Assembly (NCBI GenBank): GCA_964016885.1
Contig: OZ024740.1
Location: 4,154,001-4,218,000, forward strand
Reading direction: 5' to 3'
Length of the DNA stretch: 64,000 nucleotides
DNA from: Eledone cirrhosa
Taxonomy: Eukaryota
A program made the translations under genes and the position numbers. The notes below the pieces were generated by a model. The model saw only the letters and a list, made by a program, of their open reading frames with translations. It made no database searches and had not been told where the DNA came from. This document shows positions 1 to 15,211 of this stretch, one piece after another. Position 1 is the stretch's first letter. The number at the start of each line of letters is the position of its first letter.

Positions 1-3000
1 TAACACTGACACATGTGGTAGACATTGGAGGTGACTGGTAATATACCATGCTACATAACACTGACACATGTAGTGGACATTGGACGTGATAAACAATATA
101 CCATACTACATAACACTGACACATGTGGTGGTCATTGGAGGTGACTGGTAATATACTATACTCCATGAGACTGACACATGTAGTGGACATTGGAGGTGAC
201 TGGTAATATACTATACTACATAACACTGACACATGTGGTGGTCATTGGAGGTGACTGGTAATATATCATACAACATGACACTGACACATGTGGTGGACAT
301 TGGAGGTGACTGGTAATATATCATACTACATAACACTGACACATGTAGTGGACATTGGAGGTGACTGGTATTATACCATACTACATATCACTGACACATG
401 TGGTGGTCATTGGAAGTGACTGGTAATATACCATACTACATAACACTGACACATGTGGTGGACATTGGAGGTGACTGGTAATATACCATACTACATAACA
501 CTGACACATGTGGTGGACATTGGAGGTGTCTGGTAATATACCATACTACATTACAGTGACACAGGTGGTGGACATTGAAAGTAACTGGTAATATACCATA
601 CTACATAACACTGACACATGTGGTGGACATTGGAGGTGACTGGTAATATACCATACTACATAACACTGACACATGTGGTGGACATTGGAGGTGTCTGGTA
701 ATATACCATACTACATTACACTGACACAGGTGGTGGACATTGTAGATGACTGGTAATATACCATACTACATAACACTGACACATGTGGTGGACATTGGAG
801 GTGACTGGTAATATACCATACTACATAACACTGACACATGTGGTGGACATTGGTGGTGTCTGGTAATATACCATACTACATTACACTGACACAGGTGGTG
901 GACATTGAAAGTAACTGGTAATATACCATACTACATAACACTGACACATGTGGTGGACATTGGAGGTGACTGGTAATATACCATACTAAATAACACTGTC
1001 CCATGTGGTGGACATTGGAGGTGACTGGTAATAAACCATACTACATAACACTGACACATGTGGTGGATATTGGAGGTGACTGGTAATATACCATACTAAA
1101 TAACACTGACCCATGTGGTGGACATTGGAGGTGACTGGTAATAAACCATACTACATAACACTGACACATGTGGTGGACATTGGAGGTGACTGGTAATATA
1201 CCATACTAAATAACACTGACACATGTGGTGGACATTGGAGGTGACTGGTAATATACCATACTACATAACACTGACACATGTGGTGGACATTGGTGGTGAC
1301 TGGTAATATACCATACTAAATAACACTGACACATGTGGTGGACATTGGAGGTGACTGGTAATATACCATACTACATAACACTGACACATGTGGTGGACAT
1401 TGGAGTTGACTGGTAATATAACATACTAAATAACACTGACACATGTGGTGGACTTTGGAGGTGACTGGTAATATACCATACTACATAACACTGACACATA
1501 TGGTGGACATTGGAGGTGACTGGTAATATACCATTCTACATAACACTGACACATGTGGTGGATATTGGAGGTGACTGGTAATATACCATACTACATAACA
1601 CTGACACATGTGGTGGATATTGGAGGTGACTGGTAATATAACCATACTACATAACACTGACACATGTGGTGGTCATTGGAGGTGACTGGTAATATACCAT
1701 TCTACATAACACTGACACATGTAGTGGACATTGGGGGTGACTGGTAATATATCATTCTACATAACACTGACACATGTAGTGGACATTGGGGGTGACTGGT
1801 AATATACCATTCTACATAACACTGACACATGTAGTGGACATTGGGGGTGACAGGTAATATACCATACTACATAACACTGACACATGTAGTGGACATTGGG
1901 GGTGACTGGTAATATACCATTCTACATAACACTGACACATGTAGTGGACATTGGAGGTGACTGGTAATATACCATTCTACATAACACTGACACATGTAGT
2001 GGACATTGGAGGTGACTGGTAATATACCATTCTACATAACACTGACATGTAGTGGACATTGGGGCTGACTGGTAATATACCATACTACATAACACTGACA
2101 CATGTAGTGGGCATTGGAGGTGACTGGTAATATACCATACTACATAACACTGACACATGTTGTTGTGGTCATTGGCGGTGACTGGTAATATACCTTACTA
2201 CATAACACTGACACATGTGGTGGACATTGGAGCTGACTAGTAATATATCATACTACATAACACTGACACATGTGGTGGACATTGGGGGTGACTGGTAATA
2301 TACCATACTAAATAACACTGACACATGTGGTGGACATTGGAGGTGACTGGTAATATACCATACTAAATAACACTGACACATGTGGTGGACATTGGAGGTA
2401 ACTGGTAATATACCATAATACATAACACTGACACATGTGGTGGTCATTGGAGGTGACTGGTAATATATCATACAACATAACACTGACACATGTGGTGGAC
2501 ATTGGAAGTGACTGTTAATATACAAAACTACATAACACTGACACATGTGGTGGACATTGGAGGTGACTGGTAATAGACCATACTACATAACACTGAAACA
2601 TGTAGTCGACATTGGAGGTGACAGGTAATATACCATTCTACATAACACTGACACATGTAGTGGACATTGGAGGTGATAGGCAATATACCATACTACATAA
2701 CACTGACACATGTGGTGGTCATTGGAGGTGACTGGTAATATATCATACAACATGACACTGACACATGTGGTGGACATTGGAGGTGACTGGTAATATATCA
2801 TACTACATAACACTGACACATGTAGTGGACATTGGAGGTGACTGGTATTATACCATACTAAATAACACTGACACATGTGGTGGACATTGGAGGTGACTGG
2901 TAATATACCATACTAAATAACACTGACACATGTGGTGGACATTGGATGTAACTGGTAATATACCATAATACATAACACTGACACATGTGGTGGTCATTGG

Positions 3001-6000
3001 AGGTGACTGGTAATATATCATACAACATAACACTGACACATGTGGTGGACATTGGAAGTGACTGTTAATATACAAAACTACATAACACTGACACATGTGG
3101 TGGACATTGGAGGTGACTGGTAATAGACCATACTACATAACACTGAAACATGTAGTCGACATTGGAGGTGACAGGTAATATACCATTCTACATAACACTG
3201 ACACATGTAGTGGACATTGGAGGTGATAGGCAATATACCATACTACATAACACTGACACATGTGGTGGTCATTGGAGGTGACTGGTAATATATCATACAA
3301 CATGACACTGACACATGTGGTGGACATTGGAGGTGACTGGTAATATATCATACTACATAACACTGACACATGTAGTGGACATTGGAGGTGACTGGTATTA
3401 TACCATACTACATATCACTGACACATGTGGTGGTCATTGGAAGTGACTGGTAATATACCATACTACATAACACTGACACATGTGGTGGACATTGGAGGTG
3501 ACTGGTAATATACCATACTACATAACACTGACACATGTGGTGGACATTGGAGGTGTCTGGTAATATACCATACTACATTACAGTGACACAGGTGGTGGAC
3601 ATTGAAAGTAACTGGTAATATACCATACTACATAACACTGACACATGTGGTGGACATTGGAGGTGACTGGTAATATACCATACTACATAACACTGACACA
3701 TGTGGTGGACATTGGAGGTGTCTGGTAATATACCATACTACATTACACTGACACAGGTGGTGGACATTGTAGATGACTGGTAATATACCATACTACATAA
3801 CACTGACACATGTGGTGGACATTGGAGGTGACTGGTAATATACCATACTACATAACACTGACACATGTGGTGGACATTGGTGGTGTCTGGTAATATACCA
3901 TACTACATTACACTGACACAGGTGGTGGACATTGAAAGTAACTGGTAATATACCATACTACATAACACTGACACATGTGGTGGACATTGGAGGTGACTGG
4001 TAATATACCATACTACATAACACTGACACATGTGGTGGACATTGGAGGTGACTGGTAATATACCATACTAAATAACACTGACCCATGTGGTGGACATTGG
4101 AGGTGACTGGTAATAAACCATACTACATAACACTGACACATGTGGTGGATATTGGAGGTGACTGGTAATATACCATACTAAATAACACTGACCCATGTGG
4201 TGGACATTGGAGGTGACTGGTAATAAACCATACTACATAACACTGACACATGTGGTGGACATTGGAGGTGACTGGTAATATACCATACTAAATAACACTG
4301 ACACATGTGGTGGACATTGGAGGTGACTGGTAATATACCATACTACATAACACTGACACATGTGGTGGACATTGGTGGTGACTGGTAATATACCATACTA
4401 AATAACACTGACACATGTGGTGGACATTGGAGGTGACTGGTAATATACCATACTACATAACACTGACACATGTGGTGGACATTGGAGTTGACTGGTAATA
4501 TAACATACTAAATAACACTGACACATGTGGTGGACATTGGAGGTGACTGGTAATATACCATACTACATAACACTGACACATATGGTGGACATTGGAGGTG
4601 ACTGGTAATATACCATTCTACATAACACTGACACATGTGGTGGATATTGGAGGTGACTGGTAATATACCATACTACATAACACTGACACATGTGGTGGAT
4701 ATTGGAGGTGACTGGTAATATAACCATACTACATAACACTGACACATGTGGTGGTCATTGGAGGTGACTGGTAATATACCATTCTACATAACACTGACAC
4801 ATGTAGTGGACATTGGGGGTGACTGGTAATATATCATTCTACATAACACTGACACATGTAGTGGACATTGGGGGTGACTGGTAATATACCATTCTACATA
4901 ACACTGACACATGTAGTGGACATTGGGGGTGACAGGTAATATACCATACTACATAACAATGACACATGTAGTGGACATTGGGGGTGACTGGTAATATACC
5001 ATTCTACATAACACTGACACATGTAGTGGACATTGGAGGTGACTGGTAATATACCATTCTACATAACACTGACACATGTAGTGGACATTGGAGGTGACTG
5101 GTAATATACCATTCTACATAACACTGACATGTAGTGGACATTGGGGCTGACTGGTAATATACCATACTACATAACACTGACACATGTAGTGGGCATTGGA
5201 GGTGACTGGTAATATACCATACTACATAACACTGACACATGTTGTTGTGGTCATTGGCGGTGACTGGTAATATACCTTACTACATAACACTGACACATGT
5301 GGTGGACATTGGAGCTGACTAGTAATATATCATACTACATAACACTGACACATGTGGTGGACATTGGGGGTGACTGGTAATATACCATACTAAATAACAC
5401 TGACACATGTGGTGGACATTGGAGGTGACTGGTAATATACCATACTAAATAACACTGACACATGTGGTGGACATTGGAGGTAACTGGTAATATACCATAA
5501 TACATAACACTGACACATGTGGTGGTCATTGGAGGTGACTGGTAATATATCATACAACATAACACTGACACATGTGGTGGACATTGGAAGTGACTGTTAA
5601 TATACAAAACTACATAACACTGACACATGTGGTGGACATTGGAGGTGACTGGTAATAGACCATACTACATAACACTGAAACATGTAGTCGACATTGGAGG
5701 TGACAGGTAATATACCATTCTACATAACACTGACACATGTAGTGGACATTGGAGGTGATAGGCAATATACCATACTACATAACACTGACACATGTGGTGG
5801 TCATTGGAGGTGACTGGTAATATACCATACTACATAAAACTGACACACCTGGTGGATATTGGAGTTGACTGGTAATATACCATACTCCATGAGACTGACA
5901 CATGTAGTGGTCATTGGAGGTGACTGGTAATATACCATACTACATATCACTGACACATGTGGTGGTCATTGGAAGTGACTGGTAATATACCATACTACAT

Positions 6001-9000
6001 AACACTGACACATGTGGTGGACATTGGGGGTGACTGGTAATATACCATACTACATAACACTGACACATGTGGTGGACATTGGAGGTGTCTGGTAATATAC
6101 CATACTACATTACACTGACACAGGTGGTGGACATTCAAAGTAACTGGTAATATACCATACTACATAACACTGACACATGTGGTGGACATTGGAGGTGACT
6201 GGTAATATACCATACTACATAACACTGACACATGTCATGGTCATTGGAGGTGACTGGTAATATATCATACTACATAACATTGACACATGTGGTGGACATT
6301 GTAGGTGACTGGTAATATACCATACTACATTACACTGACACATGTGGTGGACATTGGAGTTGACTGGTAATATACCATACTACATAGACTGACACATGTG
6401 GTGGACATTGGAGGCGACAGGTAATATACCATTCTACATAACACTGACACATGTGGTAGACATTGGAGGTGACTGGCAATATACCATTCTACATAACACT
6501 GACACATGTGGTGGACATTGGAGGTGACTGGTAATATACCATACTAAATAACACTGACACATGTTGTGGTTATTGGAGGTGACTGGTAATATACCATACT
6601 ACATAACACTGACACATGTGGTGAACATTTGAGGTGACTGGTTATATACCATACTACATAAGACTGACACATGTTGTGGTTATTGGAGGTGACTGGTAAT
6701 ATACCATACTACATAACACTGACACATGTGGTGGACATTGTAGGTGACTGGTAATATACCATATTACATAACACTGACACATGTAGTGGACATTGGAGGT
6801 GATAGGCAATATACCATACTACATAACACTGACACATGTGGTGAACATTTGAGGTGACTGGTAATATACCATACTACATAAGACTGACACATGTGGTGGA
6901 CATTGGAGGTGACTTGTAATATACCATACTACATAACACTGACACATATGGTGGACATTGGAGGTGACTGGTAATATACCATACTACATAACACTGACAC
7001 CTGTGGTGGACATTGTAGGTGATTGGTAATATACCATACTACATAACACTGACACATGTGGTGGAAATTGGAGGTGACTGGTAATATACCATACTACATA
7101 GACTGACACATGTGGTGGACATTGGAGGTGACAGGTAATATACCATTCTACATAACACTGACACATATAGTGGACATTGGAGGTGATAGGCAATATACCA
7201 TACTACATAACACTGACACATGTGGTGGTCATTGGAGGTGACTGGCAATATACCATACTACACAACACTGACACATGTGGTGGTCATTGGAGGTGACTGG
7301 TAATGTACCATACTCCATGAGACTGACACATGTGGTGGACATTGGAGGTGACTGGTAATATATCATACTACATAACACTGACACATGTGGTGGACATTGG
7401 AGCTGACTGGTAATATACCATACTACATGAGACTGACACATGTAGTGGACATTGGAGGTGACTGGTAATATATCATACTACATAACACTGACACATGTAG
7501 TGGACATTGGAGGTGACTGGTATTATTCCATACTACATATCACAGACACATGTGGTGGTCATTGGAAGTGACAGGTAATATACCATACTACATAACACTG
7601 ACACATGTGGTGGACATTGGAGGTGACTGGTATTATACCATACTACATATCACTGACACATGTGGTGGTCATTGGAAGTGACTGGTAATATACCATACTA
7701 CATAACACTGACACATGTGGTGGACATTGTAGGTGACTGGTAATATACCATACTACATATCACTGACACATGTGGTGAACATTGGAGGTGACTGGTGATA
7801 TACCATACTACATAACACTGACACATGTGGTGGACATTGGAGGTGACTGGTAATATACCATACTACATAACACTGACACATGTCGTGGTCATTGGAGGTG
7901 ACTGGTAATATATCATACTACATAACATTGACACATGTGGTGGACATTGTAGGTGGCTGGTAATATACCATACTACATTACACTGACACATGTGGTGGAC
8001 ATTGGAGTTGACTGGTAATATACCATACTACATAGACTGACACATGTGGTGGACATTGGAGGCGACAGGTAATATACCATTCTACATAACACTGACACAT
8101 GTGGTAGACATTGGAGGTGACTGGCAATATACCATTCTACATAACACTGACACATGTGGTGGACATTGGAGGTGACTGGTAATATACCATACTGAATAAC
8201 ACTGACACATGCTGTGGTTATTGGAGGTGACTGCTAATATACCATACTACATAACACTGACACATGTGGTGAACATTTGAGGTGACTGGTAATATACCAT
8301 ACTACATAAGACTGACACATGTTGTGGTTATTGGAGGTGACTGGTAATATACCATACTACATAACACTGACACATGTGGTGGACATTGTAGGTGACTGGT
8401 AATATACCATACTACATAACACTGACACATGTAATGGACATTGGAGGTGATAGGCAATATACCATACTACATAACACTGACACATGTGGTGAACATTTGA
8501 GGTGACTGGTAATATACCATACTACATAAGACTGACACATGTGGTGGACATTGGAGGTGACTTGTAATATACCATACTACATAACACTGACACATATGGT
8601 GGACATTGGAGGTGACTGGTAATATACCATACTACATAACACTGACACATGTGGTGGACATTGTAGGTGATTGGTAATATACCATACTACATAACACTGA
8701 CACATGTGGTGGAAATTGGAGGTGACTGGTAATATACCATACTACATAGACTGACACATGTGGTGGACATTGGAGGTGACAGGTAATATACCATTCTACA
8801 TAACACTGACACATATAGTGGACATTGGAGGTGATAAGCAATATACCATACTACATAACACTGACACATGTGGTGGTCATTGGAGGTGACTGGTAATATA
8901 CCATACTACATAACACTGACACATGTGGTGGTCATTGGAGGTGACTGGTAATATACCATACTCCATGAGACTGACACATGTGGTGGACATTGGAGGTGAC

Positions 9001-12000
9001 TGGTAATATATCATACTACATAACACTGACACATGTGGTGGACATTGGAGCTGACTGGTAATATACCATACTACATGAGACTGACACATGTAGTGGACAT
9101 TGGAGGTGACTGGTAATATACCATACTACATAACACTGACACATGTAGTGGACATTGGAGGTGACTGGTATTATTCCATACTACATATCACTGACACATG
9201 TGGTGGTCATTGGAAGTGACTGGTAATATACCATACTACATAACACTGACACATGTGGTGGACATTGGAGGTGACTGGTGATATACCATACTACATAACA
9301 CTGACACATGTGGTGGACATTGGAGGTGACTGGTGATATACCATACTACATAACACTGACACATGTGGTGGACATTGGAGGTGACTGGTAATATACCATA
9401 CTACATAACACTGACACATGTGGTGGACATTGGAGGTGACTGGTAATAAACCATACTACATAACACTGACATATGTGGTGGACATTGGAGGTGACTGGTA
9501 ATATACCATACTACATAACACTGACACATGTGGTGGACATTGGAGGTGACTGGTAATATACCATACTACATAACACTGACACATGTGGTGGACATTGGAG
9601 GTGTCTGGTAATATACCATACTACATTACACTGACACAGGTGGTGGACATTGAAAGTAACTGGTAATATACCATACTACATAACACTGACACATGTGGTG
9701 GACGTTGGAGGTGACTGGTAATATACCATACTACATAACACTGACACATGTGGTGGACATTGGAGGTGTCTGGTAATATACCATACTACATTACACTGAC
9801 ACAGGTGGTGGACATTGAAAGTAACTGGTAATATACCATACTACATAACACTGACACATGTGGTGGACATTGGAGGTGACTGGTAATATACCATACTACA
9901 TAACACTGACACATGTGGTGGACATTGGAGGTGACTGGTAATATACCATACTAAATAACACTGACACATGTCGTGGACATTGGAGGTGACTGGCAATATA
10001 CCATACTACATAACACTGACACATGTGGTGGACATTGGAGGTGACTGGTAATATACCATACTAAATAACACTGACACATGTGGTGGACATTGGAGGTGAC
10101 TGGTAATATACCATACTACATAACACTGACACATGTGGTGGACATTGGAGGTGACTGGTAATATACCATACTAAATAACACTGACACATGTGGTGGACAT
10201 TGGAGGTGACTGGTAATATACCATACTACATAACACTGACACATGTGGTGGACATTGGAGGTGACTGGTAATATACCATACTAAATAACACTGACACATG
10301 TGGTGGACATTGGAGGTGACTGGTAATATACCATACTACATAACACTGACACATATGGTGGACATTGGAGGTGACTGGTAATATACCATTCTACATAACA
10401 CTGACACATGTGGTGGACATTGGAGGTGACTGGTAATATACCATACTACATAACACTGACACATGTGGTGGATATTGGAGGTGAATGGTAATATACCATA
10501 CTACATAACACTGACACATGTGGTGGTCATTGGAGGTGACTGGTAATATACCATTCTACATAACACTGACACATGTAGTGGACATTGGGGGTGACTGGTA
10601 ATATACCATTCTACATAACACTGACACATGTAGTGGACATTGGGGGTGACTGGTAATATACCATTCTACATAACACTGACACATGTGGTGGACATTGGAG
10701 GTGACTGGTAATATACCATACTACATAACACTGACACATGTAGTGGACATTGGGGGTGATAGGTAATATACCATACTACATAACACTGACACATGTAGTG
10801 GGCATTGGAGGTGACTGGTAATATACCATACTACATAACACTGACACATGTTGTGGTCATTGGCGGTGACTGGTAATATACCTTACTACATAACACTGAC
10901 ACATGTGGTGGACTTCGGAGCTGACTGGTAATATACCATGCTACATAACACTGACACATGTAGTGGACATTGGACGTGATAAACAATATACCATACTACA
11001 TAACACTGACACATGTGGTGGTCATTGGAGGTGACTGGTAATATACCATACTAAAAAACACTGACACAAGTGGTGGACATTGGAGGTGACTGGTAATATA
11101 CCATACTAAATAACACTGACACATGTGGTGGACATTGGAGGTGACTGGTAATATACCATACTACATAACACTGACACATCTGGTGGACATTGGAGGTGAC
11201 TGGTAATATACCATACTAAATAACACTGACACATGTGGTGGACATTGGAGGTGACTGGTAGTATACCATACTACATAACACTGACACATGTGGTGGACAT
11301 TGGAGGTGACACATTATATACCATACTACATAACACTGACACATGTGGTGGACGTTGGAGGTGACTGGAAATATACAATATTACATAACACTGACACATG
11401 TGGTGGACATTGGAGGTGACTGCTAATATACCATACTACATAACACTGACACATGTGGTGGTTATTAGAGGTGACTCGTAATATACCATACTACATAACA
11501 CTGACACATGTGGTGGACATTGGAGGTGATTGGTAATATACCATACTACATAACACTGACACATGTGGTGGACATTGTAGGTGACTGGTAATATACCATA
11601 CTACATAGACTGACACATGTGGTGGACATTGGAGGCGACAGGTAATATACAATTCTACATAACACTGACACATGTGGTAGACATTGGAGGTGACTGGTAA
11701 TATACCATGCTACATAACACTGACACATGTAGTGGACATTGGACGTGATAAACAATATACCATACTACATAACACTGACACATGTGGTGGTCATTGGAGG
11801 TGACTGGTAATATACCATACTGCATGAGACTGACACATGTAGTGGACATTGGAGGTGACTGGTAATATACCATACTACATAACACTGACACATGTGGTGG
11901 TCATTGGAGGTGACTGGTAATATATCATACAACATGACACTGACACATGTGGTGGACATTGGAGGTGACTGGTAATATATCATACTACATAACACTGACA

Positions 12001-14030
12001 CATGTAGTGGACATTGGAGGTGACTGGTATTATACCATACTACATATGACTGACACATGTGGTGGTCATTGAAAGTGACTGGTAATATACCATACTACAT
12101 AACACTGACACATGTGGTGGACATTGGAGGTGACTGGTTTTATGCCATACTACATATCACTGACACATGTGGTGGTCATTGGAAGTGACTGGTAATATAC
12201 CATACTACATAACACTGACACATGTGGTGGACATTGTAGGTGACTGGTAATATACCATACTACATATCACTGACACATGTGGTGGACATTGGAGGTGACT
12301 GGTAATATACCATACTACAAAACACTGACACATGTGGTGGACATTGGAGGTGACTGGTAATATACCATACTACATAACAATGACACATGTGGTGGACATT
12401 GGAGGTGACTGGTAATATACCATACTACATAACACTGACACATGTGGTGGACATTGGAGGTGACTGGTAATATACCATACTACATAACACTGACACATGT
12501 GGTGGACATTGGAGGTGACTGGTAATATACCATACTACATAACACTGACACATGTGGTGGACATTGGAGGTGACTGGTAATATACCATACTACATAACAC
12601 TGACACATGTGGTGGACATTGGAGGTGTCTGGTAATATACCATACTACATTACACTGACACAGGTGGTGGACATTGAAAGTAACTGGTAATATACCATAC
12701 TACATAACACTGACACATGTGGTGGACATTGGAGGTGACTGGTAATATACCATACTACATAACACTGACACATGTGGTGGACATTGGAGGTGTCTGGTAA
12801 TATACCATACTACATTACACTGACACAGGTGGTGGACATTGAAAGTAACTGGTAATATACCATACTACATAACACTGACACATGTGGTGGACATTGGAGG
12901 TGACTGGTAATATACCATACTACATAACACTGACACATGTGGTGGACATTGGAGGTGACTGGTTATATACCATACTAAATAACACTGACACATGTGGTGG
13001 ACATTGAAAGTAACTGGTAATATACCATACTACATAACACTGACACATGTGGTGGACATTGGAGGTGACTGGTAATATACCATACTACATAACACTGACA
13101 CATATGGTGGACATTGGAGGTGACTGGTTATATACCATACTAAATAACACTGACACATGTGGTGGACATTGGAGGTGACTGGTAATATACCATACTACAT
13201 AACACTGACACATGTGGTGGACATTGGAGGTGACTGGTAATATACCATACTAAATAACACTGACACATGTGGTGGACATTGGAGGTGACTGGTAATATAC
13301 CATACTACATAACACTGACACATGTGGTGGACATTGGAGGTGACTGGTAATATACCATACTAAATAACACTGACACATATGGTGGACATTGGAGGTGACT
13401 GGTAATATACCATACTACATAACACTGACACATGTGGTGGACATTGGAGCTGACTGGTAATATATCATACTACATAACACTGACACATGTGGTGGACATT
13501 GGAGCTGACTGGTAATATACAATACTACATAACACTGACACATGTGGTGGACATTGGAGGTGACTGGTAATATACCATACTACATAACACTGACACATGT
13601 GGTGGACATTGGAGGTGACTGGTAATATACCATGCTACATTACACTGAAACATGTTGTGGACATTGGAGGTGACAGGTAATATACCATACTACATTACAC
13701 TGACACATGTTGTGGTCATTGGCGGTGACTGGTAATATACCTTACTACAAAACACTGACACATGTGGTGGACATTGGAGGTGACTGGTAATATACCATAC
13801 TACATAACACTGACACATGTGGTGGTCATTGGAGGTGACTGATAATATACCAAAATACATAACTCTGAAACATGTGGTGGACATTGGAGGTGACTATTTA
13901 TATACTATACTACATAACACTGACACATGTGGTGTACATTGGAGTTGACTGGTAATATACCATACTACATAAAATTGACACATGTGGTGGACATTGGAGG
14001 TGACTGGCATATACCATACTACATAACACT
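1..14030. repeat. 55-bp tandem satellite, ~255 copies (runs off window start)
   Basis: Unit TAACACTGACACATGTGGTGGACATTGGAGGTGACTGGTAATATACCATACTACA read directly. Identical or near-identical ORF translations recur at offsets 550, 1648 and 3082 bp, indicating higher-order duplications. Confidence 0.98.
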
Positions 14031-14064
14031 AACACATTCCCGCACTAATGTGCTGGTGTGATGG

Positions 14065-14215
14065 TCATCCATTGGTACCAACAACCAGTGTGCCAGTAGC
14101 TTGACCAATGGTACAGCTTGTTCTGCAATTATCATGCAAGAGGCAAGCATTCTACAGACAGGTGCAACCTTGATATCGTTCTCAGGAAGATTCAGCATAA
14201 CAGAGTGTATGATAA
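14065..14215 (-). mobile_element. Degenerate SINE 3' portion
   Basis: Minus strand ...GCTGAATCTTCCTGAGAAC...TGTCTGTAGAATGCTTGCCTCTTGCATGATAATTGCAGAACAAGCTGTACCATTG... resembles an abundant octopus SINE body as I recall it; not database-verified. Confidence 0.4.
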
Positions 14216-14760
14216 AGCTTTTTTGTCTTCTTTGCTTAATGGGACTGGAGTCATCCTAGGTCAGCAATCCCAAAGACGTCGTGTATAGAGCCAACCAGGT
14301 CCACCAGTGCCCTCTATCGCTGGTGGACCTGGTTGGAAGTCCAACACACACACATATATATACGCATGCATACATACATATATGGAGATACATACATATA
14401 TAGATATACATACATACATATAGAGAGATATTCATATATACATAGATATATATAGAGAGATATACATATTAAGAGATATACATTTATACATATATATAGA
14501 GAGAGATCATCATCATCATCATATACATATATATAGAGATAGATGTACATATATACATATATATATAGAGATATACATACATATATATATACAATATGTT
14601 GAAAAGGTAACACACCAGCGAGAGATATACAGTGCGTTATCAATAATACAGGGAAAAAAGCCACCAGTGTATGGAATCTATAACCTATGAAAAGCAGACT
14701 ATAGACACGATAATTAAAAATATAAATTAAAGCGTAAATAAATACCTCTATAACTATATA

Positions 14761-14840
14761 ACACACGTACAAATCCAAAGATATGTTTCACCAATAATTT
14801 GTTGAAAGAAATGGGTTAGTCTCGGTTCATCAGCGTGTGT
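14761..14840 (-). ncRNA. Type I hammerhead ribozyme, probably in a Penelope-like element terminus
   Basis: Minus strand: acacacg CUGAUGA accga[27-nt loop]uuggu GAAA cauauc uuug gauuu GUA cgugugu. It has a 7-bp stem I, intact core, 5-bp stem II, stem III with one U-U mismatch and a GUA cleavage triplet. Confidence 0.8.
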
Positions 14841-14934
14841 AAGTCAATTTTGAAATTCTCTTAGTGTTGTCTGAAATGTATAGCCTTACACACGTTGATG
14901 AACCGAGACTAACCCATTTATTTCAACAAATTAT
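14794..14934. repeat. 50-bp inverted repeat (14794-14843 / 14885-14934)
   Basis: ATAATTTGTTGAAAGAAATGGGTTAGTCTCGGTTCATCAGCGTGTGTAAG versus CTTACACACGTTGATGAACCGAGACTAACCCATTTATTTCAACAAATTAT, 2 mismatches. Confidence 0.92.
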
Positions 14935-14970
14935 ATACATATATACATATATAAACACACACATACACAT

Positions 14971-15073
<103 letters not shown>

Positions 15074-15211
15074 TATGTCTATAAGGACTAACAAGTCATA
15101 TGTGAAAAGTATAGGATTATAAGAATATGAGAATAGCTTCCCACACAAAGTTGTCTGCAAAGACTTGTTTTTACTTGAGAGAGGATACCACGAAATACAG
15201 CATCCACCTTA

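Noticed and set aside
14024-14255. Exon-like minus-strand frame ...AEQAVPLVKLLAHWLLVPMDDHHTSTLVREC|gttagt
   Set aside because: Most of it appears to match a degenerate octopus SINE body (from recollection, unverified), so the open frame is probably chance.
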